64,000 nucleotides of DNA from an uncultured Porphyromonadaceae bacterium (GTDB lineage: Bacteria; Bacteroidota; Bacteroidia; Bacteroidales; Muribaculaceae): positions 7,271-71,270 of the forward strand of contig CALAVE010000041.1 in NCBI GenBank assembly GCA_937892215.1. Reading direction: 5' to 3'. The position numbers and the translations under genes are program-made. The number at the start of each line of letters is the position of its first letter. Within the stretch, counting starts at the first letter, position 1. Shown in pieces: positions 48,646 to 57,638 of the stretch. Under the pieces are notes generated by a model. It saw only the letters and a list, made by a program, of their open reading frames with translations. It did no database searches and was not told the origin of the DNA.

Positions 48646-50154
48646 ATGTCTTTCATTAAAGGTCTAAAAAGAGCATTCGGATTCTCCACCGACGGTGATG
48701 AACTGGACAACGATATCGAATACTACGACGGTGCCGCACGTACCGGACTGGGAAAACAGGATAACGCCCGCGAGCCATGGGTAAGCGCAGCCGAACAGGC
48801 ACAGCCTCAGGCCTCCGACGACGGCAATCAGGCTGAGCCGCAGAATCAGGCCGAGGACGCACTGCTCACCAGCATAGTGGAAATAATTAACGGCAACCTC
48901 TCGCCTGTGGTGCTCGGATGTCTTGACATTGACGCTGAGAAAGCCGCGCTGAAACAGGATCTTGGACCTCAGGTGGAAAAGATTATAGGTCGCATTCAGA
49001 CCGAAGCCGGCAGCGCCGCAAGTGCCGAGTGGCGGGAACAGCTCAGCGCCACCAAGGAAGAACTCAAGCGTGAGCAAGAGAAAACCACTGAAGCCATCAA
49101 CGCGTCCAACGAGCTGAGAACCAAGTTGCAGGCCGCAGAACTGCAGCATAAGACACAGACCGCCAAACTCTCTGAGATTGAGGCTCGCAACGCTCAGGTC
49201 GAAGCCGAGTTGGAGCAGTACTCGCTTGAGAATAAGGGACTGGTGAACAAGACCAAGGTCCTTGCTGTTCTGGAGCAGCAGAAAGACGAACTCGAAAAAG
49301 ATGTGGCACGGCTTTCGGCATTGCTCAACGAGCAGCGCGCTCAGGCCGTGCAGAAGGACAACCGCATCGCCCAGTTGGAAAAGCAACTCCAGGACGGCAA
49401 CGGAATAGAAGACGAGGTGCGCAAGGAGTTTGAAGAGGAAGTGGCCCGCGTGGAAGTCTTCAAGGAGAAGAAAAACGCTGAAATCAGCGCGCTAAAGCAA
49501 CAACTTGAGGAATTCAATCAGCGCGAGACCCTTGTCAACGAGGAAGCGAGAGCAAAACTGAAACTCGCTGAGGAGAAACACAACGAACTTAACGCCGAAA
49601 TTGAGAAACTACGCAAGGAACTCAAGGACAGTGCCGCCGCAAGGCAAAAACACGACATCAATGTGGGCAATCATATCGACGACCTGAAAAAGCAACTCGC
49701 CACTGCAGCGCAGCGCAACGAGGACTTCCTCGCTCAGGTCAACTCGCTCACTAATGCCAACGAGCAACAAATGTCGGTTGCCAGAGAGGCTGCGCAAGAA
49801 AGAGATAATCTTAAGGAAGAACTCCGAAAAACCATGAACCTGCTCACTAAGACTCAGAACGAACTGGATAAGGCTAACAAACTGCTTAGTGAAACGCAGA
49901 ACAAACTCAGCGAAAACAACGACAAACTGAGGCTAACCGAGCAAAATCTGGACAAGGCTAATCAGCGGCTCGCCGTACAAGCGGCCACTACTCCAGCTCC
50001 GGCTGTCGAGGCCGAAGAAAAGCAGGTGGAAATAGACCTCGACGACCTGGACTGGCTGGAACCGGTGCCTCCACGCAAACCGGAGCCCGAACCGGAGCCG
50101 GAACCCGAACCAAAACAGCCGCTGGCCGACGAACGCCAGATATCTCTCTTCTGA
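48646..50154 (+). CDS. Long coiled-coil hypothetical protein
   Basis: About 300 aa of heptad E/K/Q/L sequence, N-terminal MSFIKGLKRAFGF, (PE)n linker, ends QISLF. Confidence 0.85.
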   Translation: MSFIKGLKRAFGFSTDGDELDNDIEYYDGAARTGLGKQDNAREPWVSAAEQAQPQASDDGNQAEPQNQAEDALLTSIVEIINGNLSPVVLGCLDIDAEKAALKQDLGPQVEKIIGRIQTEAGSAASAEWREQLSATKEELKREQEKTTEAINASNELRTKLQAAELQHKTQTAKLSEIEARNAQVEAELEQYSLENKGLVNKTKVLAVLEQQKDELEKDVARLSALLNEQRAQAVQKDNRIAQLEKQLQDGNGIEDEVRKEFEEEVARVEVFKEKKNAEISALKQQLEEFNQRETLVNEEARAKLKLAEEKHNELNAEIEKLRKELKDSAAARQKHDINVGNHIDDLKKQLATAAQRNEDFLAQVNSLTNANEQQMSVAREAAQERDNLKEELRKTMNLLTKTQNELDKANKLLSETQNKLSENNDKLRLTEQNLDKANQRLAVQAATTPAPAVEAEEKQVEIDLDDLDWLEPVPPRKPEPEPEPEPEPKQPLADERQISLF

Positions 50155-50179
50155 GCAAGATTCATACCGTAAACACCCA

Positions 50180-50224
50180 AATACAAACAGCATCGCTCAC
50201 CTCCGTCTAAAGATGAGCGATGCT
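50180..50224 (-). terminator. Hairpin terminator between convergent genes
   Basis: Minus strand AGCATCGCTCATCT-loop-AGGTGAGCGATGCT followed by GTTTGTATT. Confidence 0.7.
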
Positions 50225-50249
50225 CCACATTCGTATCAATAGTTATTAC

Positions 50250-50807
50250 CTACTTTGTCGTTTCTTCTTCGGTTATCACACGGCAAGCACCCATGTAGCG
50301 ACGACGATAATACGTCTCGTCGGACTGACTTTCAGTGATTCCGGTGCGGCACGCCGCGTGGATAAACTTAAAGGTATTGTCCTCCTTGTTCACCTCAGTC
50401 ACGATTCCCACATGACCTATCCTGCGCCCTATCGCACGACCGTTGAAGAACACCAGGTCTCCCGGTTGCAGGTCACTACGGCTCACTTTCTCGCCGTCGT
50501 AAATCTGACCACCGGACGTGCGGTTCAGGTTATAACCGAATTTTTTGAACACATAGCTCGTGAATCCCGAGCAATCAAAGCCCTTAGGACCGGCCGCACC
50601 GGAGCGATAACGCACGCCGCGGAACTGGAACGCATAGTCCAGCATTTCCTTTATCTGATCCTGACGGGTATTGTTAATATTAGCCTGCTCTAACTGTTCT
50701 TTCACTGTTCCGTGCTTACGGGCATTCAGCTGCTGCGCATCCACTGTAGCGGTAGAAACCACAACTAACAGCAACATCAGGCTAATGACTTTTATCGTTT
50801 TCTTCAT
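50250..50807 (-). CDS. NlpC/P60 (C40) peptidoglycan endopeptidase
   Basis: GFDCSGF, PGDLVFF, IGHVGI and FIHA; signal peptide; TATCTTTG box at 50884-50891. Confidence 0.95.
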   Translation of the reverse strand: MKKTIKVISLMLLLVVVSTATVDAQQLNARKHGTVKEQLEQANINNTRQDQIKEMLDYAFQFRGVRYRSGAAGPKGFDCSGFTSYVFKKFGYNLNRTSGGQIYDGEKVSRSDLQPGDLVFFNGRAIGRRIGHVGIVTEVNKEDNTFKFIHAACRTGITESQSDETYYRRRYMGACRVITEEETTK

Positions 50808-51090
50808 ATATATTTATCTTTTCCACCCGGCTAAATCATTCGATTTTATTTTATTGCAACCCTCCGGGCATATTATCACGACGCAAAGATACACCTATTT
50901 AACGGCCCCCACAACCCGGCTAAACGTTTGTAAACATTTACTTTTGTAAACAAACTTGTTTCTTTGTGTCCCCCTTTTTACTACTGCCAGCGACTTACGG
51001 ACCTGTTTGTTTTCTCAAATCCGCCTTTTTGAAAAATGAAAAAAATAACACTTTTTAACAATTTTCGCTATCCTAATTTTGCATCGTCCT

Positions 51091-52200
51091 CTATTCTTCC
51101 GTTCCCTGGCTGGAGGTCGTCAGCACTTCCACCGCGCCGGTTGCCGGCGAGAACGTGGCGCGCATCGGCTGCTTCTTGTCGGTGAACAGCGACGGCTCCA
51201 GGCCGAACTGTATGCCCACCTGGGCACAGGCAAACTCATAATTCAGCACACTTTGCCCTTTGTACCGCGCAGTTGCGGCCACGCGGCCGGGTATATTGTA
51301 AATTATCGCGTCTTTACCCACTTTCTTCTCTTCGCCCTTCTCATTCACCGGCATAGTGGCCGATTCTAACAGCGCGAACGACACATACACGGGCTCCCCG
51401 CTCAGGTCGGTGCGGTCCACAATTCCGCTGTAATCGCTTATCCTGCAAAGCACATGGTCCTTTACCTCATTCTCGTCGGGAGTGAAGCTGAACACCTTTG
51501 TGGCCTCAGCCTGCTCCACAGTTCCGGTGAAAAGCACCATCAGCGAACGTTCCTGTTCGTCTAAGCGTTGCATTATTATCTTCATTGCCTCACCGTCGGG
51601 CATCTGGTCGGCCTCGCCGGTCATGTAGTCGTTACGGCTCTGACGAATGCGGTAGATTTGCTGAGCAGCAAGTTCTGCCCGCTTCGACACCGACTGACTT
51701 GCCAGTATATCGCCACTCTGAGTGCTCAGTGCTGCCTCCACACTCACATCGGCCTGCTTTACGCTTTTCTCGGCCACATCCTTTGCCACAGCTACATCTT
51801 CGGCCTTTATCACGTTAATACCTATCAGTCGTCCGTCCTCGGCGCAACTGATGTCCACCTGCTGCCCCTGTTTGAACTGCATCTGATATTGCTGCTCTGA
51901 ATTGGCCACACCATGCGTTGATGCGCTCACACGCACCAAATCCCACTTCTGACTGTCCTTCATTACCACATTGGTCAGCCCCAGATATTTCTCGGCATAG
52001 TTGCAGTAAGGCCCGGCCTTGCTCACCGTCTTCCGCGCCGTAACGCTGAAATCTGCCACTGTAGTGGGCAGTGAATACACCAGCCCGTAATCATTGCTCT
52101 TGTTTGCCGTGAATTTACGCGTACTCTGGCCCGACACTGTCAGCGAGAGCATACTTGCGGCAAGCAACGCCCCTAATGTTATGCACCTGTATATCCTCAT
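51091..52200 (-). CDS. DUF4831-family exported protein
   Basis: GLVYSLP.T, GPY..YAEKYLG, A.QIY.IR..R and QVG motifs; lies downstream of nnr. Start at ATG 52200 (or GTG 52209). Confidence 0.75.
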   Translation of the reverse strand: MRIYRCITLGALLAASMLSLTVSGQSTRKFTANKSNDYGLVYSLPTTVADFSVTARKTVSKAGPYCNYAEKYLGLTNVVMKDSQKWDLVRVSASTHGVANSEQQYQMQFKQGQQVDISCAEDGRLIGINVIKAEDVAVAKDVAEKSVKQADVSVEAALSTQSGDILASQSVSKRAELAAQQIYRIRQSRNDYMTGEADQMPDGEAMKIIMQRLDEQERSLMVLFTGTVEQAEATKVFSFTPDENEVKDHVLCRISDYSGIVDRTDLSGEPVYVSFALLESATMPVNEKGEEKKVGKDAIIYNIPGRVAATARYKGQSVLNYEFACAQVGIQFGLEPSLFTDKKQPMRATFSPATGAVEVLTTSSQGTEE

Positions 52201-52239
52201 TTTCTTCACTTTTTTTCTTTAATTCGTGCCTGAACCCAA

Positions 52240-53754
52240 TTATTTCATCGCATCGCGGATTGCCTTGCCAATATTGTCGGCTATATCGCCGGCTATCAGC
52301 CCATATTGACCGTTCACCTCGGCTGCCATGTCACCGGCCAGCCCATGCAGATACACAGCCAGGAACACGGCACGGTCGGTACTATAGCCCTGCGCCATCA
52401 TTGCGGCTATCACACCGGTCAGAACGTCGCCAGAGCCGGCTGTCGCCATCCCGGCGTTACCGCTGCTGTTCACATACACCTTGCCGTCGGGGCGCACTGT
52501 CATCGTGTGATGCCCTTTGAGCACTATTGTTATCTCATAAAGGCGCGAAACGTCAATGGCCTTCTTCAGGCGCTCCTCCTCGCTGCTGTGTGCACTGAAC
52601 AGCCTGTCGAACTCAGCTGCGTGCGGCGTAAGCACCGACCCCTTAGGTATGCTCTTTATCAGCACCGGACGACTGGCGATGCAGTTCAGCGCATCGGCGT
52701 CGAACACGCACGGCTTCCTATAATTCTTCATGAACGAGTCGAGGGCGGCCAGGGTCTCGTCGCTGGTGCTTATACCGGGCCCAACGGCAATTATGTTGTA
52801 CGAATGGCGAACGTCGATACGCGACGTCACATACTCGTTAAGGTCGGCATCCAGCACCACTTCCGGGACAGCCACCTGAATAGGTCCCAGATTCCGTTGC
52901 GGAGTGTGCACTGTCACCAGTCCTGCACCGGCACGCGTCGCGCCACGGGCAGCCAGAATCGCCGCCCCGGCCATACCGTAGCTTCCGGCCACCAGCAACA
53001 CTGTCCCGTAGTCATACTTCCCGGTGAACTGGTTCCTCGGCTTCAGCTCGGCCTTGGCATCTTCGCGCTCTATCAGGTAGAAATCGCTCGGCGTGGAATC
53101 TATCGCCGCATAATCCATATCCAGGTTCAGCACTTTGCATTCGCCTATAAACTCGGAATTTTCAGCAAAGAAGAACGACAAGCGCTTAAACTGAAGCGCC
53201 AGCGTCAGATTCGCACGGATTATATTCCGGCGGTCGGCTCCTATGTTCCATTCTCCGAACAGACCCGACGGTATATCGATCGAAACGACATAGGCTCCGC
53301 TATTGTTAATATACTGCACCAGTGCCGTGTATCCGCCCTTCAGCGGCGAGCGAAGTCCACTCCCGAACAGGCCGTCAATCACCACATCGTCTTCTCCGAG
53401 CACCGGCGGTGTGAAAAGATTCACAATCTCAGTGAAATTCACATCGTCCATCGCTAGGAAACGGTCGCGGTTAGTCTGGCAACACCCCGACAGACTCGAC
53501 GACTTGATGTTGAACAGATACACCTCAGGCCTGTAACCTTGCTCTTGAAGCATACGAGCCACAGCCAGCGCGTCGCCACCATTATTGCCGGGGCCCGCGA
53601 ATATCACCATCCGCTTCGACGGACGCCAACGCGACATTATCTCGTAACTCACCGCCGACGCGGCGCGCTCCATCAAATCCAGAACCGATATGTTTTGCGA
53701 CTTTATTGTTCTCTCTTCTATTTGCCTTATCAGGTCGGTTGTAAATATCTTCAT
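52240..53754 (-). CDS. nnr: Bifunctional NAD(P)H-hydrate epimerase/dehydratase
   Basis: LMERAA, GPGNNGGDA, IDGLFGSG, SIDIPSG; DADAL, LTPH..EF and MATAGSGDVL. Start at ATG 53754. Confidence 0.95.
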   Translation of the reverse strand: MKIFTTDLIRQIEERTIKSQNISVLDLMERAASAVSYEIMSRWRPSKRMVIFAGPGNNGGDALAVARMLQEQGYRPEVYLFNIKSSSLSGCCQTNRDRFLAMDDVNFTEIVNLFTPPVLGEDDVVIDGLFGSGLRSPLKGGYTALVQYINNSGAYVVSIDIPSGLFGEWNIGADRRNIIRANLTLALQFKRLSFFFAENSEFIGECKVLNLDMDYAAIDSTPSDFYLIEREDAKAELKPRNQFTGKYDYGTVLLVAGSYGMAGAAILAARGATRAGAGLVTVHTPQRNLGPIQVAVPEVVLDADLNEYVTSRIDVRHSYNIIAVGPGISTSDETLAALDSFMKNYRKPCVFDADALNCIASRPVLIKSIPKGSVLTPHAAEFDRLFSAHSSEEERLKKAIDVSRLYEITIVLKGHHTMTVRPDGKVYVNSSGNAGMATAGSGDVLTGVIAAMMAQGYSTDRAVFLAVYLHGLAGDMAAEVNGQYGLIAGDIADNIGKAIRDAMK

Positions 53755-53918
53755 TTCACTCTTTCTGTTTCGTGGATAATTCAACCTACAAAAATAGCAA
53801 AAAAACTATGTATCTCTGACATAAAACACAAAAAACTCACAAAAAATCTTCTTACTCAAAATTAATTTGCCCACGTGCCTAATCTTTCTTATCTTTGTGC
53901 AAATTTATTCTGTATCCG

Positions 53919-54482
53919 ATGAAAGATGTGACTTTTAACGGGCTCACCTTTGAGCTCTACATTACTCACGACGAGATTAACAAGCAAATTCAGCGGCTTG
54001 CCGGCGAAATTAAGCACAATTGTGAAGTAAGCGGCGATGACGCTCCTCTTTTCATCTGCGTGCTCACCGGTGCTTTTGTCTTTGCGGCCGACCTCTTCAG
54101 GGCCTGCGACATCCACAATGCCGAAATAGCATTCATTCGCTTCAAGTCCTATGAAGGAACGTCTTCCACCGGTGTCGTCAACGATATTATGGGACTGGCC
54201 GAGGATGTTACCGGCCGATCCGTTTTCATAATCGAGGACATCGTGGACACTGGCATCACGGCTTATCAGCTTCGCGAAACTCTCGCCAAGAAAAACCCGA
54301 AAAGCGTGAAAATGGTCACCCTCCTCTTCAAGCCCGACTCTCTCAAAGTGGGGCCGAAGCCCGAATTTGTGGGATTCGAGATTCCGCCAAGGTTCATTCT
54401 CGGTTACGGGCTGGACCTCGATGGCCTCGCAAGGCAACTCCCTGACATCTACGTCCTCAAGCCCACACAAGAAGAACAATAA
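53919..54482 (+). CDS. hpt: Hypoxanthine phosphoribosyltransferase
   Basis: VLTGA..F..DL, KSYEG, IIEDIVDTG and GYGLD. Start at ATG 53919; TATCTTTG box at 53890-53897. Confidence 0.95.
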   Translation: MKDVTFNGLTFELYITHDEINKQIQRLAGEIKHNCEVSGDDAPLFICVLTGAFVFAADLFRACDIHNAEIAFIRFKSYEGTSSTGVVNDIMGLAEDVTGRSVFIIEDIVDTGITAYQLRETLAKKNPKSVKMVTLLFKPDSLKVGPKPEFVGFEIPPRFILGYGLDLDGLARQLPDIYVLKPTQEEQ

Positions 54483-54547
54483 TTCATCATGCTTAAGAAC
54501 TTTTCTTAAGTTATTTTAATAACACAACACATAAAACAAGACGAATA

Positions 54548-55126
54548 ATGATTAATGTGGTGATTTTTGGCGCGCCAGGCTCCGGAAAAGGAACACAAAG
54601 CGCCTTTATAATAGAACATTACGGACTGTTTCACATCTCCACAGGCGACGTCCTGCGCGACCACATGTCGCGTAAGACCGAACTCGGCGAAATCGCTCGC
54701 AGCTACATCGACAAGGGAAACCTCATCCCCGACGACCTGATGATTAGCATCCTGGCTAACGTCATCGACGAGCACATGAACGACGCCGCCAAGGGTTTTA
54801 TTTTCGATGGGTTCCCACGCACCATCGCCCAGGCCGAGGCTATGGAGAAACTCCTTGCCGAGCGTAACATGAAACTCAACTGCGTTGTGGGACTCGATGT
54901 GCCCGACGAAATTCTAATCGAACGACTCGTGAACCGCGGCAAGGAAAGCGGACGAAGCGACGACAACCCGGAAACCATCCGCGACCGCATCGCTCTCTAC
55001 TACAAGGTAACTTCGCCGCTCAAGGACTACTATTGCAGCAAAGGCCTCTTCCACTCAGTCAAGGGCTGGGGAGACATCGACCTCATTACGGCTGGCGTCT
55101 GGAACATCATCGACAACAGCAAGTAA
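54548..55126 (+). CDS. adk: Adenylate kinase (short-LID type)
   Basis: GAPGSGKGTQ, HISTGD, FDGFPRT and RSDD. Confidence 0.97.
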   Translation: MINVVIFGAPGSGKGTQSAFIIEHYGLFHISTGDVLRDHMSRKTELGEIARSYIDKGNLIPDDLMISILANVIDEHMNDAAKGFIFDGFPRTIAQAEAMEKLLAERNMKLNCVVGLDVPDEILIERLVNRGKESGRSDDNPETIRDRIALYYKVTSPLKDYYCSKGLFHSVKGWGDIDLITAGVWNIIDNSK

Positions 55127-55208
55127 CCCATCTGGGGCGGTAACGCACGCTAACAATGCTACTATTAACCTGTATTTATTTAATATAACTTTATAACACA
55201 TCGATATT

Positions 55209-56432
55209 ATGAAAGTTGTTGACCGGTTTTTGCAATACGTTAAGTACGACACGCAAAGCGACGAACTAACTAATCTCACGCCGTCCACTCCCGGGCAGAT
55301 GACCTTTGCCAAGGAAAGGCTGCTGCGTGAACTCAAATCAATGAATCTGAGCGATATTTCGCTCGACGAAAACGGCTACCTTTTTGCCACTCTTCCATCT
55401 AACTGCGACAAACCGCTTCCTACCATCGGTTTTATCGCACACCTCGACACCAGCCCCGACATGAGCGGACATCGTGTTAAGGCGCGAATCGTCAACTATC
55501 AGGGCGGTAAGATTCTGCTTAACGAAGCCGAAAACATCGTGCTCGACCCGGCTCAGTTCCCCGAAATAGAGGACTACATAGGGCAGGACATCGTCGTTAC
55601 CGACGGGACAACGCTGCTCGGAGCCGACGACAAGGCCGGTATAGCAGAAATCATTACAGCAATCGAATACCTGCAGGAACACCCCGAAATCAAGCACGGC
55701 AACATCCGCATCGGATTCAACCCCGATGAGGAAATCGGCAAGGGCGCACACCTCTTCGACGTGGAGAAATTCGGTGCCGACTGGGCCTACACTATGGACG
55801 GCGGTGCCGTGGGCGAACTGGAATACGAGAACTTCAACGCCGCTGTCTGCAAGATTGAGTTCAAGGGACTCAACGTGCATCCGGGCTCAGCCAAGCACAA
55901 GATGATTAACTCCATCAAGGTCGCTAATCAGTTTGCACTTATGCTGCCGCGCTGGGAGACTCCCGAGCACACCGAGGGATACGAGGGATTCTATCACCTA
56001 ATCTCGTGGGAAGGAACCGTGGAGCGCACTGTGCTCACCTACATCGTCCGTGACCACGACCGCGCCCGCTTCGAAAGCCGCAAGCGCGAACTGGAGCACC
56101 TCTGCCGCAAGACTAACTACGAGTTCCCGGGCTGCGCCACCATCGAAATCAAGGACCAGTATTACAATATGCGCGAAAAGATTGAACCGGTGATGCACAT
56201 CGTGGAAGTGGCCGAGCGTGCCATGAAGAACGCCGGTGTTACACCCGTGGTTCAACCCATCCGTGGCGGAACCGACGGCGCACAGCTCTCTTTCAAGGGC
56301 CTGCCCTGCCCCAACATCTTCGCCGGCGGAATGAACATGCACGGCCGATACGAGTACGTGCCCGTTCCTTCAATGGAAAAGGCCACGCAGACCATCATCG
56401 AAATCTGCAAAATCGTAGCCGCGGAATATTGA
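55209..56432 (+). CDS. pepT: Peptidase T (M20B)
   Basis: [27 protein letters not shown] and IRGGTDG. Confidence 0.97.
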   Translation: MKVVDRFLQYVKYDTQSDELTNLTPSTPGQMTFAKERLLRELKSMNLSDISLDENGYLFATLPSNCDKPLPTIGFIAHLDTSPDMSGHRVKARIVNYQGGKILLNEAENIVLDPAQFPEIEDYIGQDIVVTDGTTLLGADDKAGIAEIITAIEYLQEHPEIKHGNIRIGFNPDEEIGKGAHLFDVEKFGADWAYTMDGGAVGELEYENFNAAVCKIEFKGLNVHPGSAKHKMINSIKVANQFALMLPRWETPEHTEGYEGFYHLISWEGTVERTVLTYIVRDHDRARFESRKRELEHLCRKTNYEFPGCATIEIKDQYYNMREKIEPVMHIVEVAERAMKNAGVTPVVQPIRGGTDGAQLSFKGLPCPNIFAGGMNMHGRYEYVPVPSMEKATQTIIEICKIVAAEY

Positions 56433-56460
56433 TATCCCGGCCACGAACTCATACTACCAC

Positions 56461-56503
56461 AGAGCGGGCACCGCTTAGCCAAGCAGTGCCCGCTCTCTTT
56501 CTC
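56461..56503 (+). terminator. Intrinsic terminator after pepT
   Basis: AGAGCGGGCAC..GTGCCCGCTCT followed by CTTTCT. Confidence 0.75.
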
Positions 56504-56534
56504 ATATCAGTCATCAGCCCGCTTGGGCTAATCA

Positions 56535-57509
56535 TCACTCCTCTAATTTGAATCGCCAAATCTGATAATTCCCTTTCTTACTTCCGCGATCAGAAACAAA
56601 ATATATAAAACCGTCTTTGCTCCAGTACGGCTGGCCATCGTATGATTTATTGGTTGTCAACTGCACCAAGTTACTTCCATCCAAATCAATGATATATAAA
56701 TCGGAATCTTTTTTATCTTTCTTATACGACTCAAATATTAATCGCAGCCCGTCGGGACTCCAACTGGGGCAAAATGCATATCCTTTTTTCGCATCGGTTA
56801 TCTGAACCTGGTTGCTACCGTCCAAATCCATAGTCCATATACTACTGCTCTTCGCATCTGACGAATACTTCACAAATGCTATCGACTTCCCGTCAGGGCT
56901 GAATCGCGGGCAATATCCACTCGTGAGCAACACATTCTCGCCGGTAGAGAGATTTCTCAGCCATATCTCACTGTGTTCAACCGCCACCGTAGTGCCGCCA
57001 AAGCCAAAGAGTGAGCCAATTCCAAATTTCCTATAGAATGTATATGACTGACGGTCATACACTATATACACTCCATCCGGGCTGAAGCACGGATTGTTCT
57101 CAAATGCGTCAGGGGTCTCTGTTACAGCCTGCAACGTCTTTCCTTTCAGATTATTCATCATGAATATATCACTCGTCAGACTGCCCTCATTTTGACAACG
57201 AAACGCTATCTTGTCCAACTTCTCACTATACGTTGGAGCAAAATTGGTATTCTTGCCACTTGTCTTCTGACTCATGGCAGAAGAGAACACATTGTCCTTC
57301 TTATAAATATTATAATACTTCTTATTCTCCCTTACTGCAAAGAACAAGTTCAACCCCAGTTCGCCGCCCTGAGGGTTAATGCACGGCTCCTCATTATCAG
57401 TGATTTTGGTAAGTGTCATTAGATTCTCGCCGCCGGTGGATATCTCAAAATTCTTAGCGGATACCCCTAACATGGCAAACATGAAGGCCAATAATAGTAA
57501 TCTTCTCAT
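56535..57509 (-). CDS. TolB-like (PD40) beta-propeller exported protein
   Basis: Repeated P.FSPDG/WSPDG/WSKDG and IW.MDLDGSN..QIT units; signal peptide from ATG 57509. Confidence 0.85.
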   Translation of the reverse strand: MRRLLLLAFMFAMLGVSAKNFEISTGGENLMTLTKITDNEEPCINPQGGELGLNLFFAVRENKKYYNIYKKDNVFSSAMSQKTSGKNTNFAPTYSEKLDKIAFRCQNEGSLTSDIFMMNNLKGKTLQAVTETPDAFENNPCFSPDGVYIVYDRQSYTFYRKFGIGSLFGFGGTTVAVEHSEIWLRNLSTGENVLLTSGYCPRFSPDGKSIAFVKYSSDAKSSSIWTMDLDGSNQVQITDAKKGYAFCPSWSPDGLRLIFESYKKDKKDSDLYIIDLDGSNLVQLTTNKSYDGQPYWSKDGFIYFVSDRGSKKGNYQIWRFKLEE

Positions 57510-57638
57510 TTTAGTAATCTTTTTAGTTTGTTGTAATCTTTCTAAGTTAATAATTGCCAAAGATAATAAAAAATACTTTATAATTCAAATTTCAGCAATT
57601 TTATCGCACTTTTATCACGCTTTCATCACACTTCAATT

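Noticed and set aside
52306..53457. 383-aa + strand ORF
   Set aside because: Antisense shadow of nnr
52240..55126. nnr / hpt-adk arrangement and short-LID Adk
   Set aside because: Ordinary for Bacteroidetes
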